From IMG/VR virus record IMGVR_UViG_2850711898_000002: a DNA stretch of 64,000 nucleotides; one strand, given 5' to 3'. This stretch comes from an uncultured virus (IMG/VR IMGVR_UViG_2850711898_000002). Its lineage: Duplodnaviria; Heunggongvirae; Uroviricota; Caudoviricetes. Position numbers and translations under genes: made by a program. Position 1 is the stretch's first letter; every line of letters begins with the position of its first letter. Positions 41,797 to 50,616 of this stretch are shown piece after piece. Below the pieces are notes generated by a model. That model ran no database searches, had not been told where the DNA came from, and saw only the letters and a program-made list of their open reading frames with translations.

Positions 41797-42047
41797 GTGA
41801 ATTAACAAAAAATGATTTAAAAATAGGTCGCTTTTACTCAGCTAAACGACCGCAACGTTTCGGTTTTTTCCGCTTACTTAACGACAGAGAGATTATTTGG
41901 TTAAGCGATACCCACGTGAAATATGATAGCCCAAGTGTGAAATTTGGCGCGAAATACCCGATAGTGACTATCGAAAGATTTTTGAAATGGGTAAAAGAAG
42001 ATGTAACAGAGCAAATGCCGAAAGATGAATGGAGACGAGCAGGATGA
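41793..42047 (+). CDS. Hypothetical protein
   Basis: ATGA coupling; GGAGG RBS. Confidence 0.65.
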   Translation: MSELTKNDLKIGRFYSAKRPQRFGFFRLLNDREIIWLSDTHVKYDSPSVKFGAKYPIVTIERFLKWVKEDVTEQMPKDEWRRAG

Positions 42048-42214
42048 CAGAACAAGAAAAAGTGCGGTTGGATGAAATATTGCAACAAGCAGCAATGCAG
42101 CTTGTTAAAGCACAAACCTATCTTCGCACAGGGCAAGCTCAATATGCTGCTGTTTATGTGGGAAATGTACAGAATTTGTTGCCGGGGTTGAGAATGAGAT
42201 TGGGGAAAGTATGA
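42044..42214 (+). CDS. Hypothetical protein
   Basis: ATGA coupling. Confidence 0.6.
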   Translation: MTEQEKVRLDEILQQAAMQLVKAQTYLRTGQAQYAAVYVGNVQNLLPGLRMRLGKV

Positions 42215-42672
42215 AAGTGCTAGATGAACATATCCTTGAGTATATTTGGGACGAAACATTAGACCGTATTGCACAAGGAACCTTAGTAAATTATATCGGT
42301 GGCAGCGTTGGCACATATAGTGACGAGCATGCGACGAAAGATGCGGAAAGCTTTGCAATATTGCACGTAAGCCAACTGATTGCTGGCTCTGGATTAAGCG
42401 AAAGTCAGTTTAGACGACGGGTTAAAAAACTTATGGCACAAGGTGTTTTATTACAACGCATTGGGCCAAATAGCTTTGTGATTAACTCGGATGTGGTTAA
42501 AGACGCAGCGGTACACGCCGCACGATGTTGGCGCGCAATCGGTGTGCCGTATGGTATGGACGATAGCGGTAAAGCCTTTAAAACCTTACCTATTAACGCT
42601 CTGCCGAGAAGCATTTTTGAGTTAAAGACCAATTGTTATCGGATTTTGAGAAGCCAATATCCCACTTATTAA
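42211..42672 (+). CDS. Hypothetical protein, winged-HTH-like
   Basis: GLSESQFRRRVKKL; ATGA coupling. Confidence 0.6.
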   Translation: MKVLDEHILEYIWDETLDRIAQGTLVNYIGGSVGTYSDEHATKDAESFAILHVSQLIAGSGLSESQFRRRVKKLMAQGVLLQRIGPNSFVINSDVVKDAAVHAARCWRAIGVPYGMDDSGKAFKTLPINALPRSIFELKTNCYRILRSQYPTY

Positions 42673-42682
42673 AGGAGCAAAT

Positions 42683-43237
42683 ATGAGACCTGAATTTAGA
42701 TATTTTAAATGCGCATTAAGCGTTGAGCCTATTAAATCATTAGATGAGCAATGGCGAAAAGATAGAGAGCTCAGAGATAAAAAACTTGATGCTATTATTT
42801 TTGACACTATCCCATTTTATGAATGTTGGAGAGGAAGTGAACGTAATATATTTGGAATTGTTTGTAGTTTAGATAGCGATGAATTTGCCAAAATCAAAGA
42901 TGATAAAACCTATAAATTTGAAATGCTTTCCGGTGAGAAAGTGAATATTACCGGCAACAATCGCACCAAAGCCGGCAAAGCGTTTAACGCTAAAATCCAA
43001 ACCATTAGACAAATACTCACGGAATATCCAAGTTTCAATGATTTTATGCTTAGAAAACTAAAACTAGCTTGCTGGGTGTTTGGAGAACGTACTGGTTACG
43101 TATCCGTATGTGGTGTTGCAAGTGGACACTTTATTGTGTCAATACCAGTTAAATCAGAGGGCTTTGATGGGGATGACTTCCCGGCAATTCCGGAATGTTT
43201 AACAGAAATAAAACAAAGTGAATTTTTAGCATTATAG
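42683..43237 (+). CDS. Hypothetical phage early protein
   Basis: AAGGAG RBS; ends EIKQSEFLAL. Confidence 0.65.
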   Translation: MRPEFRYFKCALSVEPIKSLDEQWRKDRELRDKKLDAIIFDTIPFYECWRGSERNIFGIVCSLDSDEFAKIKDDKTYKFEMLSGEKVNITGNNRTKAGKAFNAKIQTIRQILTEYPSFNDFMLRKLKLACWVFGERTGYVSVCGVASGHFIVSIPVKSEGFDGDDFPAIPECLTEIKQSEFLAL

Positions 43238-43249
43238 GGGAAGTAGATA

Positions 43250-43498
43250 ATGAGTGAACAAATTTACGAATTTAAGAATGTGACCGATATTTTAGTGCTT
43301 GATGAAAAACAGTTTGAGCGATTTTTAGCTGATTTTAAAGAATGGTTCCGCTTTCAAAAGCAAGCACGAGCGGAAGCCGAAAAGCTTAGAGAACTTGGAT
43401 TGAATATTACTCTAGCAGATGTGATTCGTTGGAAAGATGATGACATGATTGGAGTGGGGAAAATTACGATTGATGTGCAAAAGGCACGAGATTATTAA
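43250..43498 (+). CDS. Hypothetical protein
   Basis: Operon position. Confidence 0.6.
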   Translation: MSEQIYEFKNVTDILVLDEKQFERFLADFKEWFRFQKQARAEAEKLRELGLNITLADVIRWKDDDMIGVGKITIDVQKARDY

Positions 43499-43502
43499 AA
43501 CC

Positions 43503-43574
43503 CATTTACAGCCCATTCAAATCTCCCCTAGCCCCTCTTTACAAAAGAGGGGGATTTAAGTGGGCTGAATAATG
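43503..43574. repeat. Intergenic nested hairpin, copy 2
   Basis: ATTTACAGCCCA-[AAATCTCCCCT..CCCCTCTTTACAAAAGAGGGGGATTT]-TGGGCTGAATAAT. Confidence 0.75.
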
Positions 43575-43603
43575 TGTTTTAAATCAAGTTTGAGGGAACA
43601 ATA

Positions 43604-44152
43604 ATGAAACTATGTCGTTGCCCTATTTGCCACAGTGACATTCATTTGGATGCGTTGTTGGAAGATGATGCGGGGCGTGAGATGTTGGGGTTAATATCCA
43701 ATTTGGGTGGCCGTAATGCGCGTGCGTTGGTGAGTTATATTGGTCTGTTTCGCCCTGAAAGATCGGCGTTATCTAATGGTCGGGCATTGAGATTAATGAA
43801 AGATGTGTTGGAGATGTATCAACCCAGTCCGCTACTCGCCCATGCGTTGAATGAAACGGTGCAAGCCGTGATGAAAAACCGTCGGGAAACCCGCAATATT
43901 CAGGCTCTAGCGAATCATAACTATTTGAAGAAAGTGTATGAGGGGGCGAAACCGTTGTTTGCGGTGGTGCGTAATGAAGGCAAGGCTGAAATGCAAAGTG
44001 TTGCGGCGCAAGAAGAGGATAAACGTATGGCAGCCATTCAATATATTGAACGTTACGCCGCTATTGGGCAGTTGCAATTTGTGGAAAATATGCCTGAGTT
44101 TGCGGTTTGGAAAGCCTGGAAAGCGGAACAGGAGAAAGGCTATGTTGCGTAA
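43604..44152 (+). CDS. Mu-like conserved protein with CxxC N-terminus
   Basis: CRCPICHSDIHLDAL, YIGLFRP, NHNYLKKV. Confidence 0.75.
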   Translation: MKLCRCPICHSDIHLDALLEDDAGREMLGLISNLGGRNARALVSYIGLFRPERSALSNGRALRLMKDVLEMYQPSPLLAHALNETVQAVMKNRRETRNIQALANHNYLKKVYEGAKPLFAVVRNEGKAEMQSVAAQEEDKRMAAIQYIERYAAIGQLQFVENMPEFAVWKAWKAEQEKGYVA

Positions 44153-44546
44153 AAATTTAATCACTAAAATCCATATTGGAAAAAGCCAATTAGGTCTTGA
44201 TGATGAAACCTATCGTCAATTATTGGTAAGCACAACGGGGAAAACAAGTTGTACTGAAATGACGGAAAATGAATTGCAACAGGTGTTAAATGTTATGGTG
44301 CAAAAGGGGTTTAAATCCAGTAGTCATTTTTGGGGAAATCGTGCGGCACCACGTGAAGATAAGAAAATTTATTTAGCAAAAATTACCGCACTTTTAGCAA
44401 AACATGGTTTACCGAAAGAATATGCTGATGGTATTGCGAAACGTTCGTTTAAAGTGGATTTTGTGCATTGGTTGCAGCCGTGGCAGTTGAAAAAGGTGGT
44501 GCAGATGTTGGCGGTGTATAGCCATAAACGCAGCAAGGATGTATAG
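44142..44546 (+). CDS. gemA: GemA/gp16-like protein
   Basis: LITKIHIGKSQLGLDDETYRQLL..TGKTSC. Confidence 0.85.
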   Translation: MLRKNLITKIHIGKSQLGLDDETYRQLLVSTTGKTSCTEMTENELQQVLNVMVQKGFKSSSHFWGNRAAPREDKKIYLAKITALLAKHGLPKEYADGIAKRSFKVDFVHWLQPWQLKKVVQMLAVYSHKRSKDV

Positions 44547-44647
44547 AATTTATTTACAGCCCTAAACAATAGGGCTGAATAATAAGTTTTATAACTTATA
44601 AAAATCTTATAAACTCTGACTACTTATTGTAATTTGGAAAAGTTTAT

Positions 44648-45235
44648 ATGACTGAGGATTGTGTTAAAAGAGCGCTTTTTTATGGTTTCCTAAAAGGTAA
44701 AACTCATGAAGAGTTGCATCAATTAGCATTTGAAGATATAGCCCAAACAACTAATTTGACAAATGATTTAGCAAGAAAGGTTTGTGATTTTTTATGGGCT
44801 AATTGGCTAAAACCTATAGACTTAAAGCTAATGTTATGTCAACTTTACGAAATAATAGGAGAATTTGATTGGAAATGGTTCGATGAATGGGATTTGTATT
44901 TTTCTGAAAAAGGGCAATACCCTTATACTTGGGCTAAGTATCGTAAGAAAAGAAAAATCACAATAGGAGAAGTAAAAGTTGCATTATTTTATCATTCCAT
45001 ATATTCAAAATTTGCCATATTAAGGCAGTATGAAAGTCATTACAGCATATTAGAAAATTGCGCATGGTCTACTGCAAGATACAATCTTAGATTGTCTTTG
45101 CTGGATGATGAAGTGGAAGCTGAAATAATCGACTTAATACAACCTATTAAAGACAACCAATTACTAATACTTCCACCATATATTCCAGCAGGCAGGGTAA
45201 GTATCATATATGAAAGGATTAGAAATAAGTCATAA
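44648..45235 (+). CDS. AT-rich moron, hypothetical protein
   Basis: 195-aa ORF, lower GC than flanks. Confidence 0.65.
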   Translation: MTEDCVKRALFYGFLKGKTHEELHQLAFEDIAQTTNLTNDLARKVCDFLWANWLKPIDLKLMLCQLYEIIGEFDWKWFDEWDLYFSEKGQYPYTWAKYRKKRKITIGEVKVALFYHSIYSKFAILRQYESHYSILENCAWSTARYNLRLSLLDDEVEAEIIDLIQPIKDNQLLILPPYIPAGRVSIIYERIRNKS

Positions 45236-45265
45236 AATAGTAAATTTATAGAGTAAATAATGAGT

Positions 45266-45294
45266 AAAATCCCAAGGGAAACCTTGGGATTTTT
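45266..45294. terminator. Bidirectional terminator
   Basis: AAAATCCCAAGG-GAAA-CCTTGGGATTTTT between convergent genes. Confidence 0.8.
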
Positions 45295-45295
45295 G

Positions 45296-45844
45296 TTATA
45301 TATCGTTTTTAAGTTGGGACTCTTGTTTAATTCTCTTATTGTTATGGTACTCAGATAACTTTTTTGTAGTTGGTGTATCTGTGTACATTATTTTATAGTT
45401 ATCTTTAAGATCTTCATCTATATAAATTTGAAATGATACATCTCCATTGTTAAAGCCATAAGTGATTAATGTTTTAGGCGATATTTCTTTAAAGGCTTCA
45501 TCTGGGGGCGTAGAAGTCAAGACATATTTATCTTTTAGTCCTTTAAGTACATCCTTTGCCATATCACCAGGAACATCAATAACAACTCGAACCAATTTTT
45601 TATCAGGAGAATAAACAAGAGTTATATCAGTATGTTTCCCATTAAATTTATACTTATCACAAGTATAATAACCAGCAATAATATCTAACAGTTTGTAGTT
45701 TTCTTTACTCCATTTACATTTATAAATCTCTTTGGCTTTATTAATGTCCATTCCAAATTCAAAATCTTTGTAACCGCTTATGGCAAAACTAGATGTAGAA
45801 ATGGCTAATACAATGCCTACTAAGGCGAGTTTAACTAATTTCAT
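45296..45844 (-). CDS. Secreted/periplasmic moron protein
   Basis: Signal peptide MKLVKLALVGIVLAISTSSFA; AAGGA RBS. Confidence 0.75.
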   Translation of the reverse strand: MKLVKLALVGIVLAISTSSFAISGYKDFEFGMDINKAKEIYKCKWSKENYKLLDIIAGYYTCDKYKFNGKHTDITLVYSPDKKLVRVVIDVPGDMAKDVLKGLKDKYVLTSTPPDEAFKEISPKTLITYGFNNGDVSFQIYIDEDLKDNYKIMYTDTPTTKKLSEYHNNKRIKQESQLKNDI

Positions 45845-45967
45845 AGTGATTTCCTTTAGGGTGTCAATTTGCTTCATCATAACAATTTTTCAAAAAAATT
45901 TCTGCAAAACACCGCCTTTTTAAAATTTCCGTGTGAGAATTGCGTAAAACAATTTGCGGAGGTGTTT

Positions 45968-46396
45968 ATGGTTGAATCTTTGGAAGATGTGGCTGAATTA
46001 CTGCCTGAAACGGTGCAGCAGATGGTGGATTTGGTGGGCTTTGCTGCGGTGGAGAAAATTATTACAAATTTTGGTGGGGCTACCTTTCGATTTACTGATG
46101 GGGTGCATTATTTTCCTAAGCTTAAAGCATTAATTGGTTTGGAAAGTGCGGTGAAATTACGAGAGGTTTTTCGTGGGGAGTGGCTGTATATTCCTCGTTG
46201 TCAAACGGCATTGCGTGTGTTGCGTAATTATCGTTTTAAAGCCGATTATGATTATCTTACCCAGCATTTAAATAAATCAGGGCGTATGGCTATGCTTGAG
46301 CTTTGTCCGAAATATCAACTTTCTGATCGGAGTGGTTGGGAGATTTTGGCACAGGTGCGCCATCCTGAAGAACCCCATAATCTTGCCTTGTTTTAG
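45968..46396 (+). CDS. Mor/C-family transcription activator
   Basis: LLPETVQQMVDLVG, FGG, LYIPRC, KYQLSDR. Confidence 0.85.
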   Translation: MVESLEDVAELLPETVQQMVDLVGFAAVEKIITNFGGATFRFTDGVHYFPKLKALIGLESAVKLREVFRGEWLYIPRCQTALRVLRNYRFKADYDYLTQHLNKSGRMAMLELCPKYQLSDRSGWEILAQVRHPEEPHNLALF

Positions 46397-46397
46397 T

Positions 46398-46442
46398 GCT
46401 GAAACCGCTCCTCTCTTCTCTTTACTCTGATTTTAAGACAAT
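46398..46442 (+). promoter_or_regulatory. Candidate activator-dependent late promoter (lysis)
   Basis: GCTGAAACCGCTCCTCTCTT, with a -10-like GACAAT starting 39 nt after the motif start. Confidence 0.5.
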
Positions 46443-46476
46443 ACCCTTAATCATTAATAGATTAAGGGTGTTTTTT

Positions 46477-46983
46477 ATGTCTACTTTAACTTTTCTAGAT
46501 ATTTTTAACCGCTTAATTGGGCATGAGGGCGGTTATGTTAATGACCCTCGCGACCCAGGCGGGGAAACCAATTGGGGGATTACTAAACGCACAGCTCAGG
46601 CAAATGGTTATCAAGGCAGTATGCGAGCAATGACGCGTGATCAGGCTTTTAAAATCTACTACTCCGCCTTTTGGTTACGTTATCAATGCGACAAGATGCC
46701 CGAAGCGGTGGCTTTCCAGTTTTTTGATGCAGCGGTAAATCATGGATTAGGCAATGCAAGCCGTATGTTGCAACGTGCGGTTGGTGTGTTAGATGACGGC
46801 ATTATCGGTAAATACTCTCTTGAGGCCATCAATCGCAATCCAATCTCTGACACGTTGATGGTGTTAAACGGCGAACGCCTTAATTTTTACACCCGATTAA
46901 AGAACTTTGACCGATACGGCAAAGGCTGGGTGAATCGTGTGGCACAAAACTTAAGATATGGAGCACAAGACAATGAAGTTTAA
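46477..46983 (+). CDS. GH108 endolysin
   Basis: HEGGYVNDPRDPGGETNWGIT, FDAAVNHG, GWVNR. Confidence 0.92.
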   Translation: MSTLTFLDIFNRLIGHEGGYVNDPRDPGGETNWGITKRTAQANGYQGSMRAMTRDQAFKIYYSAFWLRYQCDKMPEAVAFQFFDAAVNHGLGNASRMLQRAVGVLDDGIIGKYSLEAINRNPISDTLMVLNGERLNFYTRLKNFDRYGKGWVNRVAQNLRYGAQDNEV

Positions 46984-47140
46984 GTTTTCAGACATTTTAA
47001 CATGGGTTTTTGATTGGTTCGGCTTGAGAGGAAAACAAACCAAATATCGACCTCACTTTTATAGCAAAAATGCGTGGAGTTATGTCGGCAACGGCAAGAT
47101 GACACCGGCAATTGAATTAATGTTGAGACTTTGTTCATGA
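46973..47140 (+). CDS. Small hypothetical protein of the lysis cassette
   Basis: GGAG RBS; overlaps both neighbours. Confidence 0.5.
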   Translation: MKFKFSDILTWVFDWFGLRGKQTKYRPHFYSKNAWSYVGNGKMTPAIELMLRLCS

Positions 47141-47427
47141 AAAAGTTTTTTGAACTCTTCACCAATGACAACGGGCGCGCCAGCACCACAGGTTTTATTC
47201 AGTTTTTCGGCTTTTTGGTGATGGCGGGTGTGCTGATTTATGCGGTCTATCTTGACCGTTCTACGGTGACAGATTTGTTCTTTTATTTTGCTTGTTTTTG
47301 TGGTGGTTCTGCCGCAACCAAAGGGGCGGTGATGGCTTTTCAAGCCAAACAAACCAAGCCAGAAGAACAGATTACCGGTGAAACCTATGTGGAGCCGGAA
47401 CAAACGGATAGACCAAGGGGGATTTGA
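47137..47427 (+). CDS. Two-TM DUF2644-like putative holin
   Basis: ELFTNDNGRASTTGFIQFFG. Confidence 0.65.
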   Translation: MKKFFELFTNDNGRASTTGFIQFFGFLVMAGVLIYAVYLDRSTVTDLFFYFACFCGGSAATKGAVMAFQAKQTKPEEQITGETYVEPEQTDRPRGI

Positions 47428-47684
47428 TGACGCTACAGATGATTTTAATCGGCTCAGGTACTGCTCTGGCTATTTGGGGTTATGTGGTATTTAAGCTCAA
47501 ACGTGCAGGGCGTGAAATTGACCGATTATTGAAAGATAACGAGCAATTGGTGCGTGAAAAGGCCGTCTCTGATACACAGGTGAAACATTATGAAACAAGA
47601 AAACAATATGAAGAAAACAGTCGCAATGCTGACCGTGACACTCTTATTGATGGGTTGCACAAGTCAGGGGATCTCCGTGATTAA
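47427..47684 (+). CDS. DUF2681-like putative inner-membrane spanin
   Basis: N-terminal TM followed by coiled coil. Confidence 0.6.
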   Translation: MTLQMILIGSGTALAIWGYVVFKLKRAGREIDRLLKDNEQLVREKAVSDTQVKHYETRKQYEENSRNADRDTLIDGLHKSGDLRD

Positions 47685-47814
47685 TGCAAGTTGTGCGGGT
47701 TTTTCGCTGATTTCCGCAAGCCGTCAAGACACGACGGAAACCTTGCGTCAAATTAAAGTGCATAATGACACATGGCGGGCAGTTTGTGGGGGCGAAAATG
47801 GAACTACACATTAA
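47608..47814 (+). CDS. Lipoprotein, putative outer-membrane spanin
   Basis: MKKTVAMLTVTLLLMGC lipobox; overlaps previous gene. Confidence 0.65.
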   Translation: MKKTVAMLTVTLLLMGCTSQGISVINASCAGFSLISASRQDTTETLRQIKVHNDTWRAVCGGENGTTH

Positions 47815-48052
47815 CGGCATCATGGTATTTAACGCGTTAGTGTCCATTGCGGTGTTTTTTATCGGGCTTTGGTTTAAGCGGTTGGATGGTGAATTTAAGC
47901 AGTTACATGACGAGGTTGACCAAGTGAAACGGGATTATCTCTCAAAAGAAGTGGCTGGCATCGTCAACAAAAACGTGATGGAAAAACTAGATGCCATCAC
48001 CAAGCAGCTAAACTCTATTACTGAAAAACTTGACAGAAAGGCGGATAAATAA
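47798..48052 (+). CDS. Membrane-anchored coiled-coil protein (gp25-like position)
   Basis: TM plus coiled coil ending KLDRKADK. Confidence 0.6.
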   Translation: MELHINGIMVFNALVSIAVFFIGLWFKRLDGEFKQLHDEVDQVKRDYLSKEVAGIVNKNVMEKLDAITKQLNSITEKLDRKADK

Positions 48053-48318
48053 TGTCGGCAAGAGAACAAAAGCGGTTGGAACAGAAAGCCGAACAAGCCA
48101 AAACTAACCAAAAGTTAGACCAAATTTTAGATTTAACTCGTGAAGTTAGTCGCAAAATCGACAAGCTGGACGACCGCGTGGACGATATTGAAGCCCGTTT
48201 AAAAATGTTGGAAACCCGCATGGATAAATTGGGCATTAAATCCGTCATAGCGGGCGGTTTAGGCGGTTTGGTGGTCTCAGTTGGCTTTGAGCTCATCAAA
48301 GCAAAATTCGGGGGTTAA
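48052..48318 (+). CDS. Coiled-coil protein with C-terminal TM
   Basis: TAATG coupling. Confidence 0.6.
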   Translation: MSAREQKRLEQKAEQAKTNQKLDQILDLTREVSRKIDKLDDRVDDIEARLKMLETRMDKLGIKSVIAGGLGGLVVSVGFELIKAKFGG

Positions 48319-48319
48319 G

Positions 48320-48823
48320 ATGGCGCATGATGATAAAACCAAAGTAAGCGTGCGTCGTTATTATGTGTTTGATTGCTTAACACTGGAAATTGCCGCTGAA
48401 AAAGCAGGGGTATCTTACAACACGGCACGCCGCTGGAAACGTGAAGCCGAAGCCAAAGGCGATAATTGGGATAAAGTGCGTGATGCAAATACGATGGCTA
48501 GTGGCAAAGTAGAAGATGTGGCGCGCGGCATGCTGACTGCGTTTGTGCTTTATTTTGAAAACACAATGGATGAGATTAAGCACGCGGAAGCATTGCCTGT
48601 GAGTGAAAAAGCGAAGTTGATTCAGGGGCTGGGCGATAGCTATTCGAAAATGGTGGCAAGCAGTAAGCGATTATTGCCTGAAGTGTCGGAAATGGCGACG
48701 GCAATAAAGACCATCACGATGTTTGGAGATTATATACAAGCCAATAAGCCTGAGTTGATTAATGAGTTTGCGGACTTATTGGAAGGGTTTGGGGCGTTGT
48801 TGAATAAGGAATTTAAGGCGTGA
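48320..48823 (+). CDS. DUF1804 / gp27-like terminase small subunit
   Basis: HTH, TARRWK, GDNWDK. Confidence 0.8.
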   Translation: MAHDDKTKVSVRRYYVFDCLTLEIAAEKAGVSYNTARRWKREAEAKGDNWDKVRDANTMASGKVEDVARGMLTAFVLYFENTMDEIKHAEALPVSEKAKLIQGLGDSYSKMVASSKRLLPEVSEMATAIKTITMFGDYIQANKPELINEFADLLEGFGALLNKEFKA

Positions 48824-48829
48824 TAGTTA

Positions 48830-48941
48830 CCGTGGGTAGGTATACCCACGGCTAATTATAGTCATAGTGGTTCCCCTTTGGGGAACGCTAACCTACCCCA
48901 TCGGGGTGCATTATGCGTAAACCAGGGTATACCTACCCTGG
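48830..48941. repeat. REPIN-like inverted pair of double hairpins
   Basis: GGGTAGGTATACCC at 48834-48847 and its reverse complement at 48925-48938. Confidence 0.7.
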
Positions 48942-48958
48942 GTAAACAGCGGAGATAT

Positions 48959-50605
48959 ATGAAAAATAAAGAATTATTAGCAGAATTAAAAGCCTATTCG
49001 GACAGCTTGCGACAAAAGGTCGAGGCAAAGTTTGAGGGGTGGGACGATTCTCTTGCTGCCATTAGTGAGCGACGCAAAAAGGTGCTAGATCCTGTTTCGG
49101 GCTATGACTTTTTTGTGTCGAATTACTTTCCGCATTATGTGCGTTCTCGCTCTCGTTCGCAGTTGCATAACTATCTTTTTGAGCAGTTGCCACAAGTATT
49201 ACAACAGCCATCATCAGTGCATTTAGCCATTGCTGCGCCACGTGGTGAAGCTAAATCGACCTTGGTTTCCCAGCTCTTTACACTTTACTGTCTTGTGACA
49301 CAGAAAAAACGCTATGCGTTGATTGTGATGGATAGTATCGACCAAGCCTATCCAATGTTGGAAGCCATTAAAGTAGAGTTGGAATTTAACCAACGTTTGC
49401 GCATTGATTTCCCTGAAATAGCAGGACAAGGGCGTGTTTGGCAAGCGGCAACCATTATCACGAAAGCTAACCAGAAAGTGCAGGTAGCGGGCTCTGGCAA
49501 GAAATTGCGTGGTTTACGCCATGGGGCGTATCGTCCTGATTTGGTGGTACTGGATGATATTGAAAATGACGAACAAGTGCGTAGCCCTGAACAGCGTGAC
49601 AAATTACACGATTGGTTGAAGAAAACTGTCCTTCCGTTGGGCGCAGCTGGGGATAAGTTAGATGTAGTGTATATCGGGACTATTCTCCATTACGACAGTG
49701 TTTTAAACCGCACTTTATCGAGTAAAGCGTGGAAGACAGCCAAGTTTAAAGCCTTAATTCGTCAGCCTGATGATATGAGCCTATGGGATAAGTGGGAAGA
49801 CTTCTACTTAAACGAAGGCGAAGCGGTAGCTGATGCTTTCTATACGCAAAATCAAGCGGCAATGGATAAAGGTGCGGTAGTAAGCTGGGCTGCTCGCCCG
49901 ATTTTAACCTTGATGAAGATTCGCGCTCGTGATGGGCATGCCACCTTTGATTCTGAATATCAAAATGACCCGTTAAGCAGTGATGATGCGATGTTTGCCA
50001 ATAGTTTGACTTATTGGACGGAATTGCCAGCAAATTTAATTTATTTCGGTGCGCTTGACCCATCCTTAGGAAAAGCAGGGGCAAGCAGAGACCCCTCTGC
50101 CATTTTAGTGGGCGGATATCATTGAGAAACAGGCAAGTTATATGTGGTGGAAGCGCAAGTGAAGAAACGTTTGCCTGATTTAATTATTGAAGATGTGATC
50201 CGTATGCAGAAGCAATACCACTGTCAGCGTTGGTTTGTTGAAACAGTGCAATTCCAAGAGTTTTTAAAAGATGAATTAGTGAAACGCTCTGCGCAACGTG
50301 GCATTCCTGTTCCAGCGACGGCGACGAAGCCAAATACAGACAAAATGTTGCGTATTGAGAGCCTACAACCCCACATGGCGAATAGTTTAATTTTGTTGCA
50401 TAGCTCGCAAACTACACTGATTTCCCAGTTACGCCATTTCCCGAAAGCAGACCATGATGATGGCCCAGATGCGCTAGAAATGTTGTGGCGTAATGCAGTG
50501 GGCAGCTCGGCAGCGATTGAGTGGATTGGGTTAAATCAACTGAATGAGATTGAATCAGATGAATACGAAGATGAAGACGATCTTTATTCAATATGGAAAC
50601 ATTAA
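48959..50605 (+). pseudogene. Terminase large subunit gp28 with an in-frame TGA at 50123-50125
   Basis: APRGEAKST, LDDIE, DPSLG, HDDGPDA, all in one frame. Confidence 0.88.
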
Positions 50606-50616
50606 AGGCGGATTAA

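Noticed and set aside
48878..48958. N-terminal extension of terminase in the ORF track
   Set aside because: Runs through the palindromic element; the GGAG RBS supports ATG 48959
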